This document shows, one piece after another, positions 29,672-39,711 of a DNA stretch of 64,000 nt. The translations under genes were made by a program, and so were the position numbers. The notes below the pieces were generated by a model. That model made no database searches. It was given only the letters and a program-made list of their open reading frames with translations, and was not told where the DNA came from. Source of the DNA: an uncultured Candidatus Saccharibacteria bacterium. Its GTDB lineage: Bacteria; Patescibacteriota; Doudnabacteria; UBA920. Within the stretch, counting starts at the first letter, position 1. Every line of letters begins with the position of its first letter. The stretch is from the NCBI GenBank assembly GCA_964504715.1, contig CAZDEP010000004.1, forward strand, positions 8,542-72,541, in the 5' to 3' direction.

Positions 29672-30239
29672 TCCAATTCTTAAAGAAAAAGAGTCTGTAG
29701 AAGTTGGCCCTGCCACAGAAACTCCCTATAAAAAGGGGTTGTATGTATTGGGTTATAGCGATGAGCAAATAGAAGAATTGGGGGCTTTTTTTAATGAAGT
29801 ATTCGAAAAGATGCGAAATGCTCACTCGATGCAAGTTACAAGAAATGGACTAAGTTTTTTTCAAGGTGCAATATTCGCATTAGGTTCAAAAGAGTTGGGA
29901 AACGTAGAATGGAAAGAACACTGTGCTTCATCAATTCGAGAAGTGTTTCATGAATGGTGGGGTAATGGAAAAGAGTTTAATAGTGATTTTAGGGACTTTT
30001 TTCCAAAAAGCCCATCTGCTGATACCACTGAAACTTATAAAAATTTAAAGCTGGCATATCAATACTTTTCTGGCATTGCCCACCACAATGCATCTGGTAT
30101 AATAGGTTCTTTATCCGCTTTAAAAAAAGATCAAAGTCTAAAATTAGAGGACTGTTATACCGACGATATATTTCTGGGGACCTTAAAAACTCATTTTGCT
30201 GATTTGAATAAGTTAATCGAATATTCCCGTCTTACGTAA
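29664..30239 (+). CDS. hypothetical protein translationally coupled (ATGAATGA overlap) to the MmeI-like gene; start revised to the ATG at 29664
   Basis: 191 aa; no recognisable motif; stop TAA is directly followed by the ATG of the next gene. Confidence 0.4.
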   Translation: MNDPILKEKESVEVGPATETPYKKGLYVLGYSDEQIEELGAFFNEVFEKMRNAHSMQVTRNGLSFFQGAIFALGSKELGNVEWKEHCASSIREVFHEWWGNGKEFNSDFRDFFPKSPSADTTETYKNLKLAYQYFSGIAHHNASGIIGSLSALKKDQSLKLEDCYTDDIFLGTLKTHFADLNKLIEYSRLT

Positions 30240-33218
30240 ATGAACCAAATAGAATTACATAATAAAATTGACACTTTAATACAAAGCGGGCATCAGGCCA
30301 CTACTGTTGCCACGGTTTTGGAAATTATAAAAACCAATTCTGACGCACGATTGTATTTTTATACAAAAGCCGACGAGCTATGGCTGGATTGGCTGTGGCA
30401 AAATAACTTTTTGGATCCTGTTAAAGCTAAAGTAGTAGAAACTGATCGTTATTCTTACAGCACACCGGAGCTTGGCTACCTCGTCCGCATGGTAGAAAAA
30501 AAACCAAAAGAAGTTACAGATATTATTTTGCAGGTGTCTATTTCAAAAGAACATTTTAACCCGGAAGTAGTAGACAGATTTTTATGGATTGCAAGATCCC
30601 TTCCGGCTGACCAGACTGCAAGGATAGCCAATAAAATTCGTGACGAACAGTGGCCAAAGCTCATGTGGCGATTCAATCGCTGGGGATTTGAATATGAGCA
30701 AATGTTTAAAAAACTTTCCGAAGCCAAAGACTACGATAGCCTACTTGCTATTGCCGAAGCCGTATTGGCTGTAAAGACAAAAGAAGACGAAACCGAAGGA
30801 GTCAAGCGCATGAGTTTAGACTCACCTTTTTATTTAGACCACTTGGCCGAAACTAAGGTGTTTCAGTATTTCGTTTCTGTTGACGATTTACATGTAGAAC
30901 AAGCATTGGCTTTGGCAACCGAAGTAATGGGTAATGCTTTTAACAGAGGAGAAAAAGCGAATAGTGACGAAATTTTCCCAATTAGGGACACTTTCTACTT
31001 ATCACATGTTGATTTTTTTACCCTTGAACTTGAGGAGGGTAGACACATTTCTTATAGGGAAGATGTGCGAGATTTAGCGGCCGTCGCCAAGCTACTTATT
31101 ACCAAGGCTGTGGAAATAAAAAAAGGAGATGGAAAAGCAATAAGCAATTTATATGAAAAATACATCAAAACTCTACCAGACAGCCAGACTATGTGGAGAT
31201 TTCGGATGTATGTTTTGAGTTTGGCACCGGAAATGTTTAAGGATGAATTAAAGTCGGCTTTCTTTAGAATTTTCAGAGAAGATGACAAGCCATGGGCATT
31301 GATTTATGCGGAATACGAGAGGGCTGTTTATGCTGGCTTTGCAACATTAGAAGAATCAGAAAAACGTGATTATGTGTCACGGGTCTTAAGCTATTTTGGC
31401 GACAGAATGGGTGAAGATGCAGACTTGTGGAAGCATCACGGCTGGCAGATTCTGTCCGGCATTGTTGATCAGTTAACAGACGAAGAGAAAAAACAAGCAG
31501 AACAAAAATTTGGAAAAACGTTAGATGATAAATACGAACCCGAGCCGGCCGTCAAGTATGATGGATTTGCAAGAACTATAGTTTCGCAGCCACCTGTAAC
31601 AGCTGAAGAATTAGCAGGAATGCCAATACTAGATATCGTTGCAAAGTTAAAGGATGATTGGTCACCACAGGCCCTTGCAGAAAAATATAAAGATGAGCCT
31701 TTTCACCGGCCGATTGACGCTGACGGAGTCGGTCAGCTTATTAAGAGTGACATGGCTAACCGGCTGCAGGAGTATCTAAACGACGCCCCTCTTTTCTTTG
31801 ATAGGGAGTCGTTGGATTCGGATTATACCTATGCTTTTTTGCGAGGCATTGAGCAGATATTACGAGATAAAAAAAATACAAGCCAACTGGACTGGAAAGG
31901 TCTATTAGAAATGTATAAGCAGATAGTCCAGTCTGGCAAAGAAACTCAATTTGAGCCTAAAGCCAGGAAACGCGAATTCTCTACCTCCTGGCTGGCCAGC
32001 TGGGCGGCAGTCCATAGTGTTATGGGCGACGTTTTAGAGGAACTCCTAAAAGGAGAGGAAAGACCAATTATAGATTTTTCTCTATACAGAAATGATATTT
32101 TGGATATTATTGATTATTTGTTTTTATATCCAGATCCCAAGCGGGAAGATGAAACACCGGATCGCGGTGATCTGTTTACCGTGGCTATCAACTCTGTAAG
32201 GGGTAAGGCCTTTGAAGCCTTGGTTGCATTTATTTATCAAGACGGAAAACAATATCCTAAGGAAGCTAAGGTAAAAATCTCTGCGGATGTTAAAAAAGTA
32301 TACGAGAGATTGCTCACTCAAGAAAATGCCTTATCAGTCATGTTCTTATTTGGACATTATTTACCGTCATTTATGTTTCGGGACGAAGATTGGATTTTAA
32401 GTTTAATACCCAAGGTTTTTCCCGAAGAGACAGAAAAGAAAGATTTATATCTTGCCGCATGGGAGGGTTATCTGGCTAATAATCTTTACAAGGAAATATT
32501 TGAAAAATTTGACTTTCTCTACCAACGAGCTATTAATTTTGATTCAGCACAATACACCGATAGAAAATACTTCAAGGAAATTGACGAAGGCTTGGCCATA
32601 CACCTAGCCCTTGCTTATATACATTTCCCGGGCTTTGGTTTAAATAACCAGTTGTTCGTCAACTTTTGGAAGAAAGAAAACCCGAAACGGCACGAGGCGT
32701 TTATTGCCTTTGTTGGCAGGCATGCCTTATCCAGAGAAAGTGGTCAAGACAAAGAAGTTGAGCTTAAAAGATTAGAAAATTTGTGGGATTGGGTTTTAGA
32801 AAACGTCACAGATAACGAAGCATTAAAAGGATTTGGGCATTGGATAAATCCGAATAAAAGAGTATTTGAAAATAAATGGTTAGTTGAGCATATCCGCAAA
32901 ACTTTAGAAAAAACCAAAGGTGATATCGAGTGGGAATACGGGTTAATGCATGCCTTACCAGGGCTGGCTAAAACAGAACCGCAAGATTCTTTCAAAATTT
33001 TGAAGCTCTATATGCTGGATGCAGAAAAATTTGGTATTCAAAACCACGCTTCTATTTATGTTGATAGCGAAATCTTGGAAACGCTAAAAATTCTCCATGC
33101 CAATCCAGATACTAAAAAACAAATTTATGACCTTATTAATGAATTGTTATTAAAAGGCAGTCAAAGATTCTGGAAATTAAAAGAGGTATTGGGTTTAGAA
33201 ACTAATTCAAGTTTGTAA
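30240..33218 (+). CDS. large (992 aa) predicted all-alpha/helical-repeat protein of unknown function
   Basis: No nucleotide-binding or catalytic motif recognised; 0-nt gap from the upstream gene and 4-nt gap to the SRAP gene. Confidence 0.4.
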   Translation: MNQIELHNKIDTLIQSGHQATTVATVLEIIKTNSDARLYFYTKADELWLDWLWQNNFLDPVKAKVVETDRYSYSTPELGYLVRMVEKKPKEVTDIILQVSISKEHFNPEVVDRFLWIARSLPADQTARIANKIRDEQWPKLMWRFNRWGFEYEQMFKKLSEAKDYDSLLAIAEAVLAVKTKEDETEGVKRMSLDSPFYLDHLAETKVFQYFVSVDDLHVEQALALATEVMGNAFNRGEKANSDEIFPIRDTFYLSHVDFFTLELEEGRHISYREDVRDLAAVAKLLITKAVEIKKGDGKAISNLYEKYIKTLPDSQTMWRFRMYVLSLAPEMFKDELKSAFFRIFREDDKPWALIYAEYERAVYAGFATLEESEKRDYVSRVLSYFGDRMGEDADLWKHHGWQILSGIVDQLTDEEKKQAEQKFGKTLDDKYEPEPAVKYDGFARTIVSQPPVTAEELAGMPILDIVAKLKDDWSPQALAEKYKDEPFHRPIDADGVGQLIKSDMANRLQEYLNDAPLFFDRESLDSDYTYAFLRGIEQILRDKKNTSQLDWKGLLEMYKQIVQSGKETQFEPKARKREFSTSWLASWAAVHSVMGDVLEELLKGEERPIIDFSLYRNDILDIIDYLFLYPDPKREDETPDRGDLFTVAINSVRGKAFEALVAFIYQDGKQYPKEAKVKISADVKKVYERLLTQENALSVMFLFGHYLPSFMFRDEDWILSLIPKVFPEETEKKDLYLAAWEGYLANNLYKEIFEKFDFLYQRAINFDSAQYTDRKYFKEIDEGLAIHLALAYIHFPGFGLNNQLFVNFWKKENPKRHEAFIAFVGRHALSRESGQDKEVELKRLENLWDWVLENVTDNEALKGFGHWINPNKRVFENKWLVEHIRKTLEKTKGDIEWEYGLMHALPGLAKTEPQDSFKILKLYMLDAEKFGIQNHASIYVDSEILETLKILHANPDTKKQIYDLINELLLKGSQRFWKLKEVLGLETNSSL

Positions 33219-33222
33219 TTCT

Positions 33223-33867
33223 ATGTGCGGAGCGTATTCTCTTTCAACTGATTTTGGTAAACTCGCAAAGCGGTTTAAGGCTAAACCGCCGAAGGTTTCG
33301 TATCCTAAAAGATACAACATCCGGCCGAGCCAGCCGCTTGTGGCTATTTTAAATACGAATCCAGAGCAGATGGTTTTAGCCCAATGGGGCATTATTCCCT
33401 TTTGGGATAAGACCGGTAAAAAACAAATAATCAATGCCCGCAAGGACAGTTTAGAAAAACCAACTTTTAAGCAGTCGTTCCATGAACGCCGCTGTTTAAT
33501 TTTGACCGATGGTTTTTATGAATGGAAAGCAGTGCCAGGGGAGAAAACCAAAATACCATATCGCTTTACCTTAAAATCAGAAGAGCCATTCGCTTTTGCC
33601 GGTATTTGGCAGGAAGATGCCGAGGATCCGCATGTTGTTATTATTACCACGGACCCTAACAAAATAGTTGAGTCAATCCATAATCGCATGCCCGCAATTC
33701 TTAAACCAGAATTTGAGCAGGATTGGTTAAATCCGGATTTGCAAGATGAGCAAATTCTGGAATTGCTACAGCCGTATCCGGATAAAGAAATGAAAGACTA
33801 TGCCATATCTACTTTAGTGAATTTACCAAGGAATGATAGTTTAGAAATTATTAAACCCCAGCTTTAA
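33223..33867 (+). CDS. SOS-response-associated peptidase (SRAP / YedK-HMCES family, abasic-site DNA-protein crosslinking)
   Basis: N-terminal MCGAY (catalytic Cys2), conserved E and H positions. Confidence 0.8.
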   Translation: MCGAYSLSTDFGKLAKRFKAKPPKVSYPKRYNIRPSQPLVAILNTNPEQMVLAQWGIIPFWDKTGKKQIINARKDSLEKPTFKQSFHERRCLILTDGFYEWKAVPGEKTKIPYRFTLKSEEPFAFAGIWQEDAEDPHVVIITTDPNKIVESIHNRMPAILKPEFEQDWLNPDLQDEQILELLQPYPDKEMKDYAISTLVNLPRNDSLEIIKPQL

Positions 33868-33877
33868 ACTGGGGTTT
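33853..33877. terminator. bidirectional hairpin between convergent genes
   Basis: aaaccccag-ctttaaa-ctggggttt. Confidence 0.45.
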
Positions 33878-33897
33878 AGGTTTACCAAAAGTTAGAA

Positions 33898-34119
33898 TTA
33901 AAACTTAAATAACTCATCTATTGTAATTCCTAAGGCTTTGGCTAACTTTTCTATATTCTTTAATGCCACGTTTCTTTCACCACGCTCAACACCGCCAATA
34001 TAAGTGCGATCCAAACGAGCCTTATTGGCTAAGGCCATTTGAGAGCTAATACCTTTCTTTAGGCGCAGTTGTAAAATACGCCTGCCGAATTTCTTTAAAA
34101 TGTCGTCATTTTTATTCAC
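33898..34119 (-). CDS. XRE-family HTH transcriptional regulator
   Basis: LRLKKGISQMALANKARLDRTYIGGVERGERN is a typical HTH_3. Confidence 0.7.
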   Translation of the reverse strand: MNKNDDILKKFGRRILQLRLKKGISSQMALANKARLDRTYIGGVERGERNVALKNIEKLAKALGITIDELFKF

Positions 34120-34370
34120 CCTTTAAGATTAAAGGGCAGATGATTATAAGGCGACGGACTATGAGTATCACTGAAAATATGTTATAGTTTGGGTAGATTT
34201 ATGCTATCTGCCAAATGGCGATCTTTAGAGAGAGCGACGACTTGACAAGGTCAAAAATATATGGCAATATGATCAGTCAAACAAAAAGTATAAAGGTGCT
34301 ATAATTAAAGCACAATTTTAAATTTATTTATTACTATTATTAATAATAGATTGGTTCTACAATAAAATAT

Positions 34371-36938
34371 ATGCTCAACAAAGCAAAATATGTTTTAGTG
34401 GCGGCTCTTTTCTTAATGAGCTACCCATTTGCCCCTGCTCAGGCAGCGCAACATTCCTTAGGCAGTAATGTTATTACCCCTGAAGGAACCGTTTATACCA
34501 TTACCCAAGAAAATAACCAGACCGTCCGCCGACCTTATACTTCGTCCGGCGCTTTTTTGTCTTATAGCTTTAATACATGGGATACCATTGTAGGTGCTTC
34601 TGCTGAAGATATGTATTTGCCCCTTGGCACTTTCATTCCGCCCCAGGATGGAAAAATAATTTGTTCCGACAGAGGTGCGGATAAAGGCACTTGCTACTTG
34701 ATTACCAATGCTCAAAAAGCTGGTTTTACGAGCGAGAATGTTTTTAAAAACTTAGGCTACAGTTTTAACCATGTAATGTCTGGTGACGTTTCCTTTTTAC
34801 GATCAACTTCCAACATTGATTCTTCTACCTTACCACACCAACCCGGTGCCCTAATAAATAAGAATGGCACTGTTTATGTCGTTGGCATAAATGGACTATT
34901 AGGCGTCCCGGATTGGGGAACTTTAAAATCTTGGGGATACACTTCAGCTGACATAGTTTTGGCAAATTCAGCCGATTGGAATTTACCTTATGCAGGAGTA
35001 TTAACAGCGCGCCAACCACAGCAATTGGCAGTCTTAAATAGTTCTGGTTCTTCAGGCAGTGTCCAATATGGCACGCCGGTAATTTATTATTTAAGTCAGT
35101 CTTCTGGTATAAGTGGGCTTCAGGTTACTGTAACAGGGAAAAGTTTTAGTTTTCTATCGGACCCGAGTATTGATGTAGGGGACTCTAGGGGAGTATGGCT
35201 TTCTAATTCGCAAAATTCAGCAAAGTTGAACACTCAAGTTATAAATGATGGTTCTATCATTGTTACAATTCCTAGCATGGCTTGTCCGGGTTCTGAAACT
35301 GGCACTTGTTCCAGCAACTTCCAGTCAAGTATCATTCCAGGAGCATACTCAATTTATATAAGAAATTCTACAGGGGTCAGCAATAGCGTTCCCTTTACGG
35401 TGGTTGTGCCTTCAGGTAAAATATCCATATCTTATATTACTCCAACTTCAGGCAAAGCTGGTCAAACTATATACATGACTATTATCGGCTCTGGGTTTTT
35501 GTCTACAGTAAATCAAAGCGGCAATGCCGTTTCTTCGGCTCCTAACCAAGGGCTTACATTACAAAGCACAAAAGTAGTTTCTGATACTGAAATAGACGCT
35601 ACTTACTCAATAGCGGCTACTGCGCCTTCCGCCACAATTCAAATTGGCGTTGGCGGGAGCAATACTGTGCCGTTTACTATTATGGCAGCAGTAAATACCC
35701 CCTTAGCTTTTAGCGCGTCATTGAGCAGTTTGGGTTCTCCTATTTCCTTAATTCCCTATTCCCTAACTGCTGGGGCAACTAACCAGCGCATAGCGTCATT
35801 TAATCTATCAGTTGGAAATAGCAGCAGCCAAGTGTTTTTAAATTCCGTCGGTATACAAACTGCTGCCAGTAACGTGGTTGGCAATTTCCAAAACATTAAA
35901 ATTTTTGTTAACGGCAGCCTTTATGGAACGGCTGTGCAAAACCCTACAAATAATACTTCCTATAGTTTTTATTCCCAAACTGGCGGAGTTAAACTTACAC
36001 CAAATCAACTAACCTCGCTGGAAGTGTATGCGGACGTTATTGGCGGTGTTTCTATAAACCAGCCCATAGTTACGCTTGATGCCGCCCGCACTTACGTGCA
36101 AACTGGCGATTACACACAAACGGGAAGTGTTATAACGCAATTACCGACTTCTGTAACCGGACAGACAGTAGTCATGCAAACAGGAAGCATACAAATTAGC
36201 AGCATAAATTTGCCTTCAGGCACTGTCGGCCAAGCGTATAACGGAAGTATTAGTTGGTCAGCCCCTAATATCTCCCCGACAACTGATATTACAGCAGTTC
36301 TTGATAGGGTGGGAACGAACAATTATCCGTATCCTTATTTACCAGATGGTTTAACTTTCTCTCCCAATTGTTTGGCCGGAGCTCCTGGCTCCTCCTGTGT
36401 TTTTTCAGGATTAAGAAATAATAGCGGTGGCCAGGGACAAATTGCTGTTGGGGGAACCCCAACCCAAGCAGGGACTTATACTTTTACAGTAACATTCAGC
36501 GAAGGCCAGTATAATACCAGCGATACTAAAACCGTGACCGTTGTTATTTCGCCTGCGACTACCCCCGGTATTCAAATCAGTAATGTATATGTGCCTAATG
36601 GTAAGATCGGACAGTCGTATTATGGTTATATTAGCTGGTCATCTCAAAATATCTCTCCAACCACTGACCTTACAGCGATTATTGACAGGGTAGGAAATAA
36701 CAATTATCCCTATCCTTATCTGCCGAATGGACTAACCTTCACTCCTAATTGCTTAGCTGGTGCACCTGGCTCCTCATGCGTATTTTCCGGATTAAGAAGC
36801 AACAGTAATGGACAGGGGCAAATTTTTATGGGCGGAACCCCAACTCAAGCCGGGACATATACTTTTACCGCTCAGATTCAAGATAACCAAGGTCATTCCA
36901 GCGGTCTAAAAACAATAACATTAACAGTTGATCCCTAA
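34371..36938 (+). CDS. secreted cell-surface protein with IPT/TIG and putative-Ig (He_PIG-like) repeats
   Basis: Signal peptide; TIG-like ISYITPTSGKAGQTIYMTIIGSGF; C-terminal tandem ~122-aa repeats ending GGTPTQAGTYTFT. Confidence 0.6.
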   Translation: MLNKAKYVLVAALFLMSYPFAPAQAAQHSLGSNVITPEGTVYTITQENNQTVRRPYTSSGAFLSYSFNTWDTIVGASAEDMYLPLGTFIPPQDGKIICSDRGADKGTCYLITNAQKAGFTSENVFKNLGYSFNHVMSGDVSFLRSTSNIDSSTLPHQPGALINKNGTVYVVGINGLLGVPDWGTLKSWGYTSADIVLANSADWNLPYAGVLTARQPQQLAVLNSSGSSGSVQYGTPVIYYLSQSSGISGLQVTVTGKSFSFLSDPSIDVGDSRGVWLSNSQNSAKLNTQVINDGSIIVTIPSMACPGSETGTCSSNFQSSIIPGAYSIYIRNSTGVSNSVPFTVVVPSGKISISYITPTSGKAGQTIYMTIIGSGFLSTVNQSGNAVSSAPNQGLTLQSTKVVSDTEIDATYSIAATAPSATIQIGVGGSNTVPFTIMAAVNTPLAFSASLSSLGSPISLIPYSLTAGATNQRIASFNLSVGNSSSQVFLNSVGIQTAASNVVGNFQNIKIFVNGSLYGTAVQNPTNNTSYSFYSQTGGVKLTPNQLTSLEVYADVIGGVSINQPIVTLDAARTYVQTGDYTQTGSVITQLPTSVTGQTVVMQTGSIQISSINLPSGTVGQAYNGSISWSAPNISPTTDITAVLDRVGTNNYPYPYLPDGLTFSPNCLAGAPGSSCVFSGLRNNSGGQGQIAVGGTPTQAGTYTFTVTFSEGQYNTSDTKTVTVVISPATTPGIQISNVYVPNGKIGQSYYGYISWSSQNISPTTDLTAIIDRVGNNNYPYPYLPNGLTFTPNCLAGAPGSSCVFSGLRSNSNGQGQIFMGGTPTQAGTYTFTAQIQDNQGHSSGLKTITLTVDP
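36199..36930 (+). repeat. tandem duplication (~375 nt x2, ~80% nt identity) inside the surface protein gene
   Basis: ISPTTD...NNYPYPYLP(D/N)GLTF(S/T)PNCLAGAPGSSCVFSGLR...GGTPTQAGTYTFT appears twice. Confidence 0.7.
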
Positions 36939-36963
36939 CTGTTAATTTTGAAAGGTTTTGACG

Positions 36964-37917
36964 ATGAAAAAACTACTTTTCTTAATGCCTGTGATTTTGT
37001 TGATAGCTGCGGCTTGCAATAACGAGCCAACGCAGCAAACCAAGCAGCAAAACAATAATCAGCAACAATCCCAGCCTTCGCCAACAAACCAACAAGGATC
37101 GACTGACCAAAAAACAAGCTGGAAAACTTATACCAGTGCCCAATATGGGTATGAGTTTAAATACCCCTCTAACTGGGCAGTTACCGACCACGGCTCTACC
37201 ATGGACAGTGTTAATAAAATTTTATCCGACATTTCTGTTGTAGGTGATGGTCAAAGTTTTGCTGTCAGAGTAGACCAAAACGCGCCGCAAGGCTTTGTTT
37301 ATACATCTCCTAAAAAAGCAACTGTTACAGTAAACGGAACGCAATACACGGCTTACATTTTCCCTAATGGTTATGAATGTTATGGCGACACGCCTAGTGA
37401 CTGTTCTCTTTTCATAATTCCAATTCAAAAAGGTAACCAGTGGTATCTTATTTCTGGTGCAGGCAAGGCGAGCAGTATTACGGAAACTTATAGTTCCATT
37501 TTAGCCACTTTCAAGTTTACTGGAACTGCACAAAATTCTGATTGGAAAATTTATAAGAATTCCCAATATGGTTTTCAGATTACTTTATCTGACGCTTTTA
37601 AAGGTTATTCCGTAACTAAAAAAGTTCACGATTATTATGGTAGCGATTATTTTACATTTATAATACCCAGCAGCGGATTATCTCCTCAGGTAAATGTTGA
37701 GGCATTAACGATTCTTACAATTCCACTAAACACTTGGAACTCGATTACAAAAGACCCGGAGTCCATGCCACTAGGAACAGTTTTAGGTAAAAATTCAAAA
37801 TATGTATTTTTGGCCCAGCTACCACAAGATGGCGCAGGGCTGCCCGCAAGTTTGCTTAAAAGAGGTGATGGCAGTGAAATGTGGGCAATTATGAGCAGCT
37901 TTAAATTTATCAAATAA
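36964..37917 (+). CDS. lipoprotein (paralog family member 1); start revised to the ATG at 36964
   Basis: Signal peptide plus lipobox LIAAAC, followed by a Gln-rich linker. Confidence 0.5.
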   Translation: MKKLLFLMPVILLIAAACNNEPTQQTKQQNNNQQQSQPSPTNQQGSTDQKTSWKTYTSAQYGYEFKYPSNWAVTDHGSTMDSVNKILSDISVVGDGQSFAVRVDQNAPQGFVYTSPKKATVTVNGTQYTAYIFPNGYECYGDTPSDCSLFIIPIQKGNQWYLISGAGKASSITETYSSILATFKFTGTAQNSDWKIYKNSQYGFQITLSDAFKGYSVTKKVHDYYGSDYFTFIIPSSGLSPQVNVEALTILTIPLNTWNSITKDPESMPLGTVLGKNSKYVFLAQLPQDGAGLPASLLKRGDGSEMWAIMSSFKFIK

Positions 37918-37932
37918 GACAATAACACTACA

Positions 37933-38946
37933 ATGAAAAAACTATGGTTATTAATGCCCGCCATTTTGCTAGTTGCTGCGGCTTGCAATAGTAAAACTAC
38001 GCCGCCGCAGTCAAGTCAACAGACTAATAGCCAACAACAAACCCAAACCTCGCCAGCGAACCAACAGACAGCACCTGACCAGTATACTAATTGGAAAACT
38101 TTTAATAACAACCGGGTTGGTTATCAGTTTGAATATCCGGCCAGTGGTTTGACCCTGCCTCTTGAAGAAACGATAAAATATCCTGACCCGAAAAATTATA
38201 ACGAAGACTTGGTGCAATTTGCTTTGGATACCAAAAATTCAAGCGAACAACAGCCGGTCGTTTTTAGCGTAAGAACTTATGTTGGGGTGAAAGAGAATTC
38301 CACGGAAGAATGGATGAAAACTAAAACAGGCGCAAAGAATCTTGATCCGAAGAATTTTATCAAAGTCAGTGGGCAAACTGCTTATACAGAACCTAGCTTG
38401 GCAGGCACCTATGTTTGGTGGAATCACACTGTTTATGTAATTGAAGGCCATGCTGGAATTGAGCTATCTCGTCCTACAGATGCTGTTTATCAACATTTAT
38501 TATCGACTTTTAAATTGACCAATTCTGTAACACAAGATAATAATTACTTGACGATCAAAGAATGGGGCGTAAAATTTGAAGAACCGCAAGGGATGAGCGA
38601 TTTGCTATATGTAACCAAGCCTTTTAGCTATAGCACCGGCAATAACACTGTAGGCTTGATAACGCAAAGGCTGGTTGATGTAAACAAGTCCATTGGCGGC
38701 AAATGCAATGAGTATTATCTTGGTTTGCTGGTCAGGCTTACAGAAAAAGGATTGCAGGACGCGCAGAAAAATGGGCCGGGAATACCGGATTATGTAAAGG
38801 TTGGCAACTACTATTACTATTTTTCCCCGCCGCAAGAAGCCTGTTTTTACAACAATTCATACGACAACGAATATGCAAAGCTATCAGGAAGCCAGTCGTC
38901 CAGCCTACGAGCTACAATCCTTAAAACCTTAAAAATCGCTCCCTAA
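37933..38946 (+). CDS. lipoprotein (paralog 2)
   Basis: LVAAAC lipobox, Gln-rich linker, shares the WKT(Y/F)...YGY-F-YP motif with paralog 1. Confidence 0.5.
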   Translation: MKKLWLLMPAILLVAAACNSKTTPPQSSQQTNSQQQTQTSPANQQTAPDQYTNWKTFNNNRVGYQFEYPASGLTLPLEETIKYPDPKNYNEDLVQFALDTKNSSEQQPVVFSVRTYVGVKENSTEEWMKTKTGAKNLDPKNFIKVSGQTAYTEPSLAGTYVWWNHTVYVIEGHAGIELSRPTDAVYQHLLSTFKLTNSVTQDNNYLTIKEWGVKFEEPQGMSDLLYVTKPFSYSTGNNTVGLITQRLVDVNKSIGGKCNEYYLGLLVRLTEKGLQDAQKNGPGIPDYVKVGNYYYYFSPPQEACFYNNSYDNEYAKLSGSQSSSLRATILKTLKIAP

Positions 38947-38952
38947 AGCAAT

Positions 38953-39642
38953 ATGAAAAAGCATTTACTTTTTATACCCACGATCTTGCTTTTGGCCGCA
39001 TCCTGCAATCAAAGGATAGATAACGTTAATCGCTTTGGAAACAAGACAGATTGTGAATCTAAAACAGGCACGACGTGCGCTATAGTGCAATGCGACTACG
39101 TCCCGAAAGGCAAAACCTATGAAGAAGTTTGCCCCTATGGACAAGGTTACTGGCAATCTACTGGCCAAAAACCTGCCAGTAATAATGAGCAGCAAACCCA
39201 AAATCAAAACCAGCAATCTGACAAGAATAGAGAGTTAGAAACTTATTCAAATTCAAAATATCATTTTGAATTTCAGTATCCAAACAAAACTCTTTCTGTG
39301 GCAGAAGGGTATGTTTCCAGCATTGACCCGAAAGGTGTTATTGGGGTGGTAAACATCTTTACAGTTCCGCATGGCCAAGATAAGGACGGAGATATTAGGA
39401 TTTTTGATTTACCATTAGCTAAAGCCGCGCAATCTGTTGGCTTTGGCGAGGGCGCATTACAAGTTGCTAAGACTGTTAATAAAAACGGGATTGCGTGGAC
39501 TGTTATTTATGCCCAAGAAGGTGATACACGCGGACATTACCTAACAGAAAGAGGGGGTAAAACTTTTTGGCTAAGTGCCGGTGATAGAATTAGTCAATCT
39601 GACTTTGAGGGAATCTTAAATACTTTCAAATTTTCTAAATGA
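38953..39642 (+). CDS. lipoprotein (paralog 3)
   Basis: LLAASC lipobox, Q/N-rich linker. Confidence 0.5.
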   Translation: MKKHLLFIPTILLLAASCNQRIDNVNRFGNKTDCESKTGTTCAIVQCDYVPKGKTYEEVCPYGQGYWQSTGQKPASNNEQQTQNQNQQSDKNRELETYSNSKYHFEFQYPNKTLSVAEGYVSSIDPKGVIGVVNIFTVPHGQDKDGDIRIFDLPLAKAAQSVGFGEGALQVAKTVNKNGIAWTVIYAQEGDTRGHYLTERGGKTFWLSAGDRISQSDFEGILNTFKFSK

Positions 39643-39711
39643 TTCTGTAGTAGTTACTCACATAAAAAAATCAGGGCAACCCGGAGACTCTCGGGTTGCC
39701 CTTTGTGATTG

